Source of the DNA: an uncultured Burkholderiales bacterium
Lineage (GTDB): Bacteria > Pseudomonadota > Gammaproteobacteria > Burkholderiales > Burkholderiaceae_C
Direction: 5' to 3'
Length of the DNA stretch: 64,000 nt
Assembly (NCBI GenBank): GCA_903953985.1
Contig: CAJBLW010000298.1
Location: forward strand, 32,514-96,513
Of the stretch, positions 9,000-16,623 are shown one piece after another. Position numbers and translations under genes: made by a program. Numbering within the stretch: the first letter of the stretch is position 1; the number at the start of each line of letters is the position of its first letter. The notes under the pieces were generated by a model. That model was not told the origin of the DNA. It did no database searches and worked only from the letters and a program-made list of their open reading frames with translations.

Positions 9000-10646
9000 A
9001 TGGGAACCGTTTCTCTGGGCAAGATTGCCTTTACCTGGCGCGGTGCGTATGACGCCAATGCCACCTACGCCCGCCAAGATGTAGTCGGCCACAACGGCGA
9101 TAGCTTTGTATGCCGCACCGATGCGACCACGGGCGTGGCGCCGCACGCCAACTCCTCTGCCTGGGATCTGTTTGCGCAAGGCACCCAAGGGGTCTCGAGC
9201 CTGCCGGGGGAGGTCATCTACTTCGATGGCAACCAGCTGGTCGCCTTGCCCGTGGGCCAAGCCGGGCAGGTGCTTACCATGGGCGCACAGGGCGTACCGG
9301 TGTGGGCGACACCCGATGTGCGCTCCGGCACCAAGGCGCAGAAGTTGCCGGAGAACGCCAGTAACACACAGCCCAATAGCTACCGCCAGTTCGGCCTCAT
9401 CATGACCGATGGCAGCATCCGTGCCTGGGGACGCAACGCCAACTGGAAGCTGGGCGATGGCACCACCTATGCACGTTCCTACCCGGCGCGTACCGCGTTT
9501 CCGCCCGGGTTTCCGGGGGCGGCCAAGCTCTATTACAGCCAGGACACCAACGGCTACTGCATCGACAAGAACGGGCAGCTGTGGGGCTGGGGCTATAACG
9601 GTTATGGCCAACTCGGTACAGGCAACACGACCAACCAGCCGGTGCCATACAACATGAGCGCCAATGCCAGCAACTCAATCGCCGGCAAAACCGTGATCCA
9701 GCTGGCACTGAACTGCGGCACTGAGGGTTACAACAGCACCTTGGTCCTGTGCAGCGATGGCACTGTGCATGCCTGCGGCTACAACGGTTATGGGCAGCTG
9801 GGCTTGGGCGACACCACCCAGCGCAACAGCTTCGTGCAATTGCCGGTACTCGCCGGCATCACCCACGTTGCTGCCGGCAGGGAGCGTTACACCGCCCATT
9901 ACGCCGTCAAGAACGATGGCACCCTGTACTCGTGGGGATACAACGGCAACGGGCAGTTGGGGGATGGCAGCAGCAATCAGGCCAACGTCGCCATGCCGCG
10001 TGCGGGTGGCAGTCTCGCTGGCAAAACCATCGTCAAGGTGTTCGGGGCTTATGTACATTCATTTGCTTTGGACAGTACCGGTGCCCTGCATGCTTGGGGC
10101 ACCAACGACTACGGTCAATTGGGAAACGGTAATCTTGCCAACCAGTTCACCCCGGTACAGGTGGCCACCAACGTGGCCGATGCTTACACCGGCAGTTACG
10201 ACTATCCGCTCACCTACCTCAAGAAAACCGACAAGACCCTGTGGGCCTGCGGTGCCGGTGCGTACTGGGGCAACGCTAACGGCAGCAACAGCGGCAACTT
10301 TGTGCAAGTGCCGGTGGGCAATGCCGTAGTCAAAGCCGTGCATGGCGGCACCGGCTCCTACAACTATGGCGCTGCTTTATTGGAAAACGGCACCGTCTAC
10401 GCCTGGGGTTACAACGGCAACGGAGCACTCGGACTGGGCGACGCCACCAACCGCAGCAGCGTGGAACTGGTGCGCATTGCGCAGCGTCGCGTGGTTGATC
10501 TTTCGTCCTATGGGTCCAGCTCCGAGCAAGGCCTGGTGTTTCTGCTCGACGATGGTCAGGTGCTGGCTAGCGGCTATGCCGGAGAGGCGCAGTTGCCCGA
10601 GGACGACAGCGAAACCAGCTACGTGCCTTACCCCGTCATCCTGTGA
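9000..10646 (+). CDS. RCC1-repeat (beta-propeller) tail/receptor-binding protein 2
   Basis: Canonical RCC1 repeats (WGYNGYGQLGTG, CGYNGYGQLGLG, WGYNGNGQLGDG, WGTNDYGQLGNG); paralogue of upstream gene. Confidence 0.85.
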   Translation: MGTVSLGKIAFTWRGAYDANATYARQDVVGHNGDSFVCRTDATTGVAPHANSSAWDLFAQGTQGVSSLPGEVIYFDGNQLVALPVGQAGQVLTMGAQGVPVWATPDVRSGTKAQKLPENASNTQPNSYRQFGLIMTDGSIRAWGRNANWKLGDGTTYARSYPARTAFPPGFPGAAKLYYSQDTNGYCIDKNGQLWGWGYNGYGQLGTGNTTNQPVPYNMSANASNSIAGKTVIQLALNCGTEGYNSTLVLCSDGTVHACGYNGYGQLGLGDTTQRNSFVQLPVLAGITHVAAGRERYTAHYAVKNDGTLYSWGYNGNGQLGDGSSNQANVAMPRAGGSLAGKTIVKVFGAYVHSFALDSTGALHAWGTNDYGQLGNGNLANQFTPVQVATNVADAYTGSYDYPLTYLKKTDKTLWACGAGAYWGNANGSNSGNFVQVPVGNAVVKAVHGGTGSYNYGAALLENGTVYAWGYNGNGALGLGDATNRSSVELVRIAQRRVVDLSSYGSSSEQGLVFLLDDGQVLASGYAGEAQLPEDDSETSYVPYPVIL

Positions 10647-10659
10647 GCGGTGATCTCTG

Positions 10660-11202
10660 ATGCCGAACGCTGCTTTATCTGAAGCCATCAAGGAGGCCTA
10701 CGCCAGCGCCCCGTCGCAGCAGATCATCCTGCATACCCTGGAGTTGCGCCATCCGGCCTTTGTCGATGAGACAGGGCAGCTGGTTGCCATCCGCGTGGTA
10801 CGCGACACCGGTGATCTGTGGGCTCGGCTGGAATCTCAAGCCCCGCTGCAAGCCGGCGAGCGCGTGCAATTCGTGGCCATGGGCTTTGAGCTAGATTTGC
10901 CGCCAGTGGACACAATGCCTGTGCCAGAAATCACCGTCACCTTGGACAATGTTTCGCGCGAAATCGTGCGCTACCTGGATGCAGCCGCCGAGTCGCAGTC
11001 GGTGATCGAGGTGACTTACCGGCCGTACCTGTCCACCGATCTGGAAGGGCCACAGATGGATCCGCCCATCCACCTGGTGCTGACCGAGGTCGAAGCCGAC
11101 ATCTTCCGGGTGACAGGTCGGGCACGCATGCTGGACGTCGGCAACAAGGCCTTCCCCGGCATCAGCTACACCGCCAAAACCTTCCCGGGCCTGACGCGCT
11201 GA
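10660..11202 (+). CDS. Minor tail protein (DUF1833, gpL-like position)
   Basis: AYASAP....LHTLELRHP start and C-terminal FPG..Y....FPGL. Confidence 0.78.
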   Translation: MPNAALSEAIKEAYASAPSQQIILHTLELRHPAFVDETGQLVAIRVVRDTGDLWARLESQAPLQAGERVQFVAMGFELDLPPVDTMPVPEITVTLDNVSREIVRYLDAAAESQSVIEVTYRPYLSTDLEGPQMDPPIHLVLTEVEADIFRVTGRARMLDVGNKAFPGISYTAKTFPGLTR

Positions 11203-11229
11203 TAGGGAAGATCGGCAAAGTCGCACTGC

Positions 11230-11550
11230 TTATCCGCGCGACCCGCGACTGCGCTTGAACGCACGCAGAGTTTGTGCAGAAAACATCTGGTTGCGTCCCA
11301 CCACGTGGCTGGGGACGAGCTGGCCCGATTGCACATAGCGGCGCAGGGTCGGCACGGAGACTTCCAGATACTCGGCGGCCTCCCAGGCTGAGAACGGTTC
11401 CTGGTGCGTTTCGCCAAACACCTGATCGTGGGCGAAGTCGTCTTCCCGAAAGGCGTTACTGGCCAAGAGAGAAAAAAACCGAACCCGCTCGGTGCTCGGC
11501 ATCCGCTTCATCTCAGTGTAGAGGTCCTCGGCAGTGAGCGCATGGTTCAT
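11230..11550 (-). CDS. Putative antitoxin with C-terminal HTH_17 (excisionase/MerR-like) domain
   Basis: ATG 11550 overlaps toxin stop (ATGA); FSAWEAAEYLEVSVPTLRRYVQSG HTH. Confidence 0.75.
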   Translation of the reverse strand: MNHALTAEDLYTEMKRMPSTERVRFFSLLASNAFREDDFAHDQVFGETHQEPFSAWEAAEYLEVSVPTLRRYVQSGQLVPSHVVGRNQMFSAQTLRAFKRSRGSRG

Positions 11551-11870
11551 GGTGTTTCTCCCGTTGGCTTCTCGTGTCGCAAATACTGTTTCAGTTCGTC
11601 GTAGAAGTTCTCGTGAACGCCGACTTGGTAGAAATCGATGATCAAAAACTCTATGGGCGCGTTCTTGACCGGTGGCCGGTAGGCCATCAGGTATTCCTGC
11701 CGGTTGAAGCGGAACTTGTGAACCCGGATGCCGGCCAAGTCGCCCACCTTGAGTTCGCCCACTTCCGGCGCCTCGCACACCACCTCCACCTCGTCCTCGA
11801 TCGCCAGCCGCAAAGGTTTGTGCGCCTTCTTGACGTACTGGGCGAAGGGCCGTTTGAAGTTAGTCTGCAT
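11547..11870 (-). CDS. RelE/ParE-family toxin
   Basis: 107 aa; P.VGELKVGDLAGIRVHKF, YLMAY, GVHENFY motifs of ParE-like toxins. Confidence 0.82.
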   Translation of the reverse strand: MQTNFKRPFAQYVKKAHKPLRLAIEDEVEVVCEAPEVGELKVGDLAGIRVHKFRFNRQEYLMAYRPPVKNAPIEFLIIDFYQVGVHENFYDELKQYLRHEKPTGETP

Positions 11871-11876
11871 GCGTCG

Positions 11877-11909
11877 ATATTAGTGAAATAGTGATTCCAT
11901 GTCAAATCA
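11877..11909 (-). promoter_or_regulatory. Sigma70 promoter of TA operon with overlapping inverted-repeat operator
   Basis: Minus strand TTGACA (11905-11900), 17 nt, TAATAT (11882-11877); TGATT-N8-AATCA at 11892-11909. Confidence 0.7.
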
Positions 11910-12339
11910 TATTGGGATCAACACAAGTTCGTCCGTCCACTGGGCTACCCACTTCATCGGTCGGCCCTGGCACGCCGGTGCGCGTGGCCCGGATGCGTTT
12001 GACTGCTGGGGGCTTTTCCTTGCCATCCAGCGCGAGCACTTTGGCCGTGACTTGCCGGAAATCCCGGTGGACGCCAACGACCTGCGCACCGTGATGACCA
12101 CCTTCCGCGACCACCCCGAGCGACAACGCTGGGTGGCCGTGGTGCAACCCGCCGAAGGAGATGCCGTGCTGCTGCGCCAGTCCCGCCACCCGGTGCATGT
12201 CGGCGTGTGGCTCGCGGTCGACGGCGGTGGCGTGCTGCATGCCGTCAGGGACGCGGGCGTCGTGTACCAGAAATTGCCTGAACTGCTGCTGCACGGGTGG
12301 CGGGTCGAGGGCTATTACCGATTTGTGGAGAGCACGTGA
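11899..12339 (+). CDS. NlpC/P60 tail assembly peptidase (gpK-like)
   Basis: IGRPW..GARGPDAFDCWG catalytic Cys, HVGVW and VLHA histidines. Confidence 0.88.
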   Translation: MSNHIGINTSSSVHWATHFIGRPWHAGARGPDAFDCWGLFLAIQREHFGRDLPEIPVDANDLRTVMTTFRDHPERQRWVAVVQPAEGDAVLLRQSRHPVHVGVWLAVDGGGVLHAVRDAGVVYQKLPELLLHGWRVEGYYRFVEST

Positions 12340-14648
12340 TTCACGCCGAGCAAAGTTCCGTTGTCCTGCTGCGCAACCCCTTCCAGCCCAGTCACCGCGA
12401 AGTGATGGTGGCCCACCCAAGTCAGACCATCCGCCAGTGGCTCGGTGCCCAGGGCATTGCCGAATTCGATCAGCCCACCGTTTGCATCAAGAACAGCGCC
12501 CCTGTGCTGCGTGCCGATTGGGCAGTCACGCCCATCGATGGCGTGGTGCTCTTCATCACCTTGCCGCAGGGCGGGGGCGGTGGCGGCGGCGGTGGGAAGA
12601 ACCCGCTGCGCACGGTTTTGATGATCGCGGTGATGGTGGTCGCGACCGTCTATGGCGGCCCCTTGGGCGCCAGCCTTGGATTCAGCGGCAACCTGGCCAC
12701 GGCCGTCGGTTCGGCCATCATCATGACGGCAGGTTCCGCCTTGGTCAGCGCGCTGGTGCCACTGCCTACGCCCAACATGCCATCCTTTGCGGGGTCGGGC
12801 GGGAGTCTGGCGCAGCCGTCGCCCACCTACAGCCTGCAAGGCCAGGGCAACTATGCGCGGCTGGCCCAACCCATCCCGGTCGTCTACGGTCGCCATCTGG
12901 TCTATCCGGACTTGGCCGCCACGCCCTATGGCGAATACCAGGGGAATGAACAGTTCCTGCACCAACTGCACTGCATCGGCCTGGGTGAGTACGACATCGA
13001 GCAGATTCGCATCGAGGACACGCCAATTGCCTCGTTCGAGGAAGTGACCTACCAGATCGTGCCACCCGGCAGTCCGGTCACGCTCTTCAACCCGGATGTG
13101 GTGACTGCCCCCGAGGTCGCCGGGCAGGAACTGCTGGCTGGCACCTGGACCGGGGGCTTTGCCATCAACCCTGCTGACAGTGAAGTCACACACATCGGCA
13201 TCGACATCTTGCTGCCGCGTGGTTTGTATTACGCCAATGACGCCGGGGGCCTGGACAGCCGCAGTGCCAGCTGGAAGGTCGAAGCCCGGGCCATTGATGC
13301 CGAGGGCGATCCACTGAACGACTGGTTCACGCTGGGCAGTGAGAGCCTGACCGCTGCCACCACCACGCCACAGCGGCGCACCTACCGTTATCCCGTTGCT
13401 GCAGGGCGATACGAAGTGCGTGCCACGCGGCTCGATGGCAAAGACACCAACTCACGTGCCGGTCACGAAGTGCGCTGGGGCGAGGCCCGGGGCTATCTGG
13501 CCGGCGGCGTCACTTTCCCTGACAACGTCACACTGCTCGCCATACGCATGCGCGCCACCGACAACCTGTCGCAGCGATCGAGTCGCTTGATCAACTGCAT
13601 CGTCACGCGCAAGCTGCCCGTCTGGTCGGTGGACTCTGGCTGGTCTGCTCCTTTGCCCACGCGCTCAATCGCCTGGGCCTTTGCCGACATCCTGCGCGCC
13701 AGCTACGGCGCCAAGTTGCCCGATACGCGTATCGATCTGGCCTCCTTGGCGCAACTCGATCAGGTCTGGGCTGTACGGGGCGATCAGTTCGATGGCGTGT
13801 TCGACCAGCAGGTCACCGTCTGGGAGGCACTGACCCGGGTGGCCCGTTGTGGTCGGGCAGTGCCCTTTCTGCAAGGTGGCATCGTGCGTCTGGTGCGAGA
13901 CGAAGCCCGGCTCTTGCCGGTGGCGCTCTTCAGCCCCCGCAACATCGTCAAGAACAGCCTCAAGATCCAGTACGTGATGCCGGGTGAGGAGACGGCGGAC
14001 GCGGTGACGGTGGAGTTTTTCAGCAGCCGCACCTGGAAGCCTGATGAGGTGACGGTGAGCCTGCCGGGCTCCAGCAGCACCAATCCGGCCAAGCTGCGGC
14101 TCTTTGGCTGCACCACCGAAGCCCACGCAGTGCGCGAGGGGCTGTATCTGGCCGCCGCTAACCGTTATCGCCGGCGCATCATCACCTTTCGCACCGAGCT
14201 CGAAGGCTTGATTCCGACCTATGGCGACCTGATCGCCATTGCCCATGACATGCCCAGTTGGGGCGCGGGCGGTGAGATTGTTGCCTGGGATGCCGACACC
14301 TACACCGCCACACTGTCCGAACCTGTCAATTTCACAGAGGGGCAGCCGCATATACCGCACACACCACATGTAATGGCCCTGCGCCGACGCGATGGCGGGG
14401 TCAGCGGCCCACATGCGGTGACACCAGGAAGTGATGCGCATCAGGTGCTCTTTACAGACCTGCCCGACATCCCCATTGAAACCGGCCTGTCGGCCGAGCG
14501 CACCCATTTCGCCTTTGGGGTGGCCGAGCAATGGAGCCTTCTGGCCCGGGTGATCGCGGTGCGCCCGCGTGGCGAGCAGGTGGAAGTCACCTGTGTGGCC
14601 GAGCACCCAGCAGTGCATAGCGCCGATAGCTGCGCCGCCCCAATCTGA
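12336..14648 (+). CDS. Tail tip/host specificity protein J (TipJ) with N-terminal gpI-like segment
   Basis: GTG 12336 overlaps previous stop; poly-Gly, SPTYS...N.ARL.QPIPVVYG, RATDNLS, YGDLIAIAHD motifs. Confidence 0.88.
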   Translation: MIHAEQSSVVLLRNPFQPSHREVMVAHPSQTIRQWLGAQGIAEFDQPTVCIKNSAPVLRADWAVTPIDGVVLFITLPQGGGGGGGGGKNPLRTVLMIAVMVVATVYGGPLGASLGFSGNLATAVGSAIIMTAGSALVSALVPLPTPNMPSFAGSGGSLAQPSPTYSLQGQGNYARLAQPIPVVYGRHLVYPDLAATPYGEYQGNEQFLHQLHCIGLGEYDIEQIRIEDTPIASFEEVTYQIVPPGSPVTLFNPDVVTAPEVAGQELLAGTWTGGFAINPADSEVTHIGIDILLPRGLYYANDAGGLDSRSASWKVEARAIDAEGDPLNDWFTLGSESLTAATTTPQRRTYRYPVAAGRYEVRATRLDGKDTNSRAGHEVRWGEARGYLAGGVTFPDNVTLLAIRMRATDNLSQRSSRLINCIVTRKLPVWSVDSGWSAPLPTRSIAWAFADILRASYGAKLPDTRIDLASLAQLDQVWAVRGDQFDGVFDQQVTVWEALTRVARCGRAVPFLQGGIVRLVRDEARLLPVALFSPRNIVKNSLKIQYVMPGEETADAVTVEFFSSRTWKPDEVTVSLPGSSSTNPAKLRLFGCTTEAHAVREGLYLAAANRYRRRIITFRTELEGLIPTYGDLIAIAHDMPSWGAGGEIVAWDADTYTATLSEPVNFTEGQPHIPHTPHVMALRRRDGGVSGPHAVTPGSDAHQVLFTDLPDIPIETGLSAERTHFAFGVAEQWSLLARVIAVRPRGEQVEVTCVAEHPAVHSADSCAAPI

Positions 14649-14659
14649 AAGGAAAGAAG

Positions 14660-14950
14660 ATGAACGAACCCCACCTGATGGATGGCATGGTGGTCATGCC
14701 CCATGACGAATTTGAAACCCTGCTGGAGCGCGCCGCCGAGCGTGGGGCGCGTCACGCCTTGTCCGACGTCGGTCTGGATGGACCGGATGCCGCAAACGAC
14801 ATCCGCGAGCTCAGAAATCTTCTCGATGCCTTCAACGAGGCCAAGAAAACCGCTGGCCTCACGCTGGTCAAGATGCTGGTCACGGGTCTCGTGCTGGCCT
14901 TGCTCGCCGGCACCATCGTCAAAATCAAACTGTTCGGAGGCCCGCAATGA
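14660..14950 (+). CDS. Small membrane protein (DUF6127-like), lysis region
   Basis: LLERAAERGARHAL..VGL, C-terminal TM helix; RBS AAGGA. Confidence 0.7.
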   Translation: MNEPHLMDGMVVMPHDEFETLLERAAERGARHALSDVGLDGPDAANDIRELRNLLDAFNEAKKTAGLTLVKMLVTGLVLALLAGTIVKIKLFGGPQ

Positions 14951-15375
14951 GCCCGATCTTCACCACCTTGGCCCCCGGCATATTCGAAGCCGGCGCCAAA
15001 CTGATCGACCGCCTGATTCCCGATCCGGCCCAGCGCGAGCAGGCCAAACTCGCTTTGTTCCAGGCCGAGGGGCAGCAAGCCCTGCAGGAAATGCAGGTGA
15101 GCCTCTCGGCCATCCTGGCGGAAGCCAACTCAGCTGACCCGTGGACCAGCCGGGCCCGCCCGACCTTCCTGTACGTGATCTACGGCGTGATCCTGCTGTC
15201 GGTGGTCGGCAGCATCATCGGCATCTGGTGGCCCGCTGAGGTGTTTCAGGCAGCTGAGAACCTGTCCAGGCTGCTCAACGCGGTGCCCGAGAGCTTGTGG
15301 TGGCTCTTCGGTGCCGGCTACCTTGGCTACACCGGCGCACGCAGTTTCGACAAGTGGCGCGGTGTGCCCAGGTAG
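14947..15375 (+). CDS. Holin (3TM/GTA-type holin family)
   Basis: IDRLIPDP, EANS.DPWTSRARP, two TM segments, GYLGYTGARSFDK. Confidence 0.85.
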   Translation: MSPIFTTLAPGIFEAGAKLIDRLIPDPAQREQAKLALFQAEGQQALQEMQVSLSAILAEANSADPWTSRARPTFLYVIYGVILLSVVGSIIGIWWPAEVFQAAENLSRLLNAVPESLWWLFGAGYLGYTGARSFDKWRGVPR

Positions 15376-15423
15376 GCATATTGACAGGCGATTGATCGCC
15401 AGCGCCTGCAAACGTAAATCATT

Positions 15424-15477
15424 GACCCCGTCTTCATCCGCTTCCCTTATGGGTGGCCGGTGAAGGCGGGGTCTTTT
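15424..15477 (+). terminator. Long-stem intrinsic terminator ending phage late operon
   Basis: GACCCCGTCTTCA...TGAAGGCGGGGTC followed by TTTT. Confidence 0.8.
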
Positions 15478-15528
15478 GTCGTTTGTGGGCCAGAAATCTG
15501 CACAACACCCGCCAGATGGCCTTGGCTT

Positions 15529-15540
15529 TGTTCGCGAACA
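15529..15540. promoter_or_regulatory. Perfect 12-bp palindrome, candidate operator
   Basis: TGTTCGCGAACA about 40 nt upstream of ATG 15580. Confidence 0.4.
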
Positions 15541-15579
15541 GCGCCTTCATGGAGGCATGTTCACCTTGCCTCAAGCCCC

Positions 15580-16503
15580 ATGGCCCCGCGCCTGCTGACC
15601 TCGCCACAAGCCGCCGAGCGTCTGGGCCTGCCCGTGCAGGCGCTTTACAAATTGCGCGATGCCGACGAAGGCCTGGCCATCACCCAGACCGGCCTGCAGG
15701 TCGGCTACCAGGTCGAAGACATTGCGGCGTATGAGCGCCGTGAAATGCTGGCCCTGGTCGAGCAGGTGCTGGCCACGGCAAGGCCGCTGCCGCTGATCCG
15801 TGCCATGGCGCAGTTGCTGCGATCGCCGCCGCCAGAAGAGGGGCTAACGGCCCCTGCACCCAATCCTCGGCCATCCCCTAAGCCCCTCACGTCCGCCACG
15901 CCTGACACGCATGACAGGCCCACCACGGCGCCCCCAAAAACGCCCGCCGTTTCACCGCCAACCCCCCAAAAACATGCACCGGCCACACCATTTATACCAG
16001 CCACATCGGCCTGGTTCCTGGTGCGCAGCAAGCCCCGGCAGGAATCGGTGGCACTCACCCATCTGGCACGCCAGGGCTACGAGTCCTACCTCCCCCTGTT
16101 CGCCACCGAAAAACTCGTGCGCCGCAAATCCACCGTCGTGCAAGAGCCGATGTTTGCGCGCTACTTGTTTGTGCGGCTTGACACCACAGGACAGGGACAG
16201 AGCTGGAGCCCGATCCGCTCCACCGTCGGTGTCAGCGAGTTAGTGTGCTTCGGCAGCCGGCCCGCGCGGGTCGATGACGCCTTGATCGCCACCCTGCGCG
16301 AGCGCGAGGCCACACAGCAAGCCGACCCAATCACCTTGTTCGCCCATGGCGACAACGTGCGCATCACCGAAGGCGCCTTTGCCGGGCTGGAGGCGATCTA
16401 CCAGATGAACGACGCCGAGGGCCGCGCCATGGTGCTGCTGGATCTATTGAGCAAACCCGTGGCCATGACGATCGACGCAGCCAGTCTGCGCAAAGTGGGG
16501 TGA
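15580..16503 (+). CDS. rfaH: Fusion: excisionase-like HTH + Pro/Thr linker + RfaH (NGN+KOW) antiterminator
   Basis: N-term LLTSPQAAERLGLPVQALYK; from 16012 WFLVRSKPRQE, EPMFARYLF, IRSTVGVS.LV.FG, GDNVRITEGAFAGLEAIY; single open frame. Confidence 0.85.
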   Translation: MAPRLLTSPQAAERLGLPVQALYKLRDADEGLAITQTGLQVGYQVEDIAAYERREMLALVEQVLATARPLPLIRAMAQLLRSPPPEEGLTAPAPNPRPSPKPLTSATPDTHDRPTTAPPKTPAVSPPTPQKHAPATPFIPATSAWFLVRSKPRQESVALTHLARQGYESYLPLFATEKLVRRKSTVVQEPMFARYLFVRLDTTGQGQSWSPIRSTVGVSELVCFGSRPARVDDALIATLREREATQQADPITLFAHGDNVRITEGAFAGLEAIYQMNDAEGRAMVLLDLLSKPVAMTIDAASLRKVG

Positions 16504-16623
16504 TGCATGACTGCATACCGCCAGTCCGCGCCACTTTATCTCGACGGCATCCCCGGCATGGCCTTGATACGGCTTGGCCTTCGAAGCCAACATGGCCTAA
16601 CACAACAAAAAGACTGACCGACC

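Larger units (their letters stand above)
1..15477 (+). mobile_element. Prophage late (morphogenesis/lysis) region, lambda-like siphovirus; continues left of the window
   Basis: Contiguous, often overlapping capsid, head-tail, tube, chaperone, tape measure, tail tip and holin genes in lambdoid order, ending in a hairpin terminator. Confidence 0.93.

Noticed and set aside
11551-11778. N-terminal extension of the 182 aa ORF in the track
   Set aside because: Overlaps the toxin gene; the coupled ATG at 11550 with a GGAG RBS is the better start
14346-14372. Three imperfect 9-nt repeats (PHI-PHT-PHV) in TipJ
   Set aside because: Short in-frame slippage with no evidence of function
15460-15579. Longer GTG start for the HTH::RfaH ORF
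   Set aside because: Begins inside the terminator hairpin; the HTH starts right after ATG 15580
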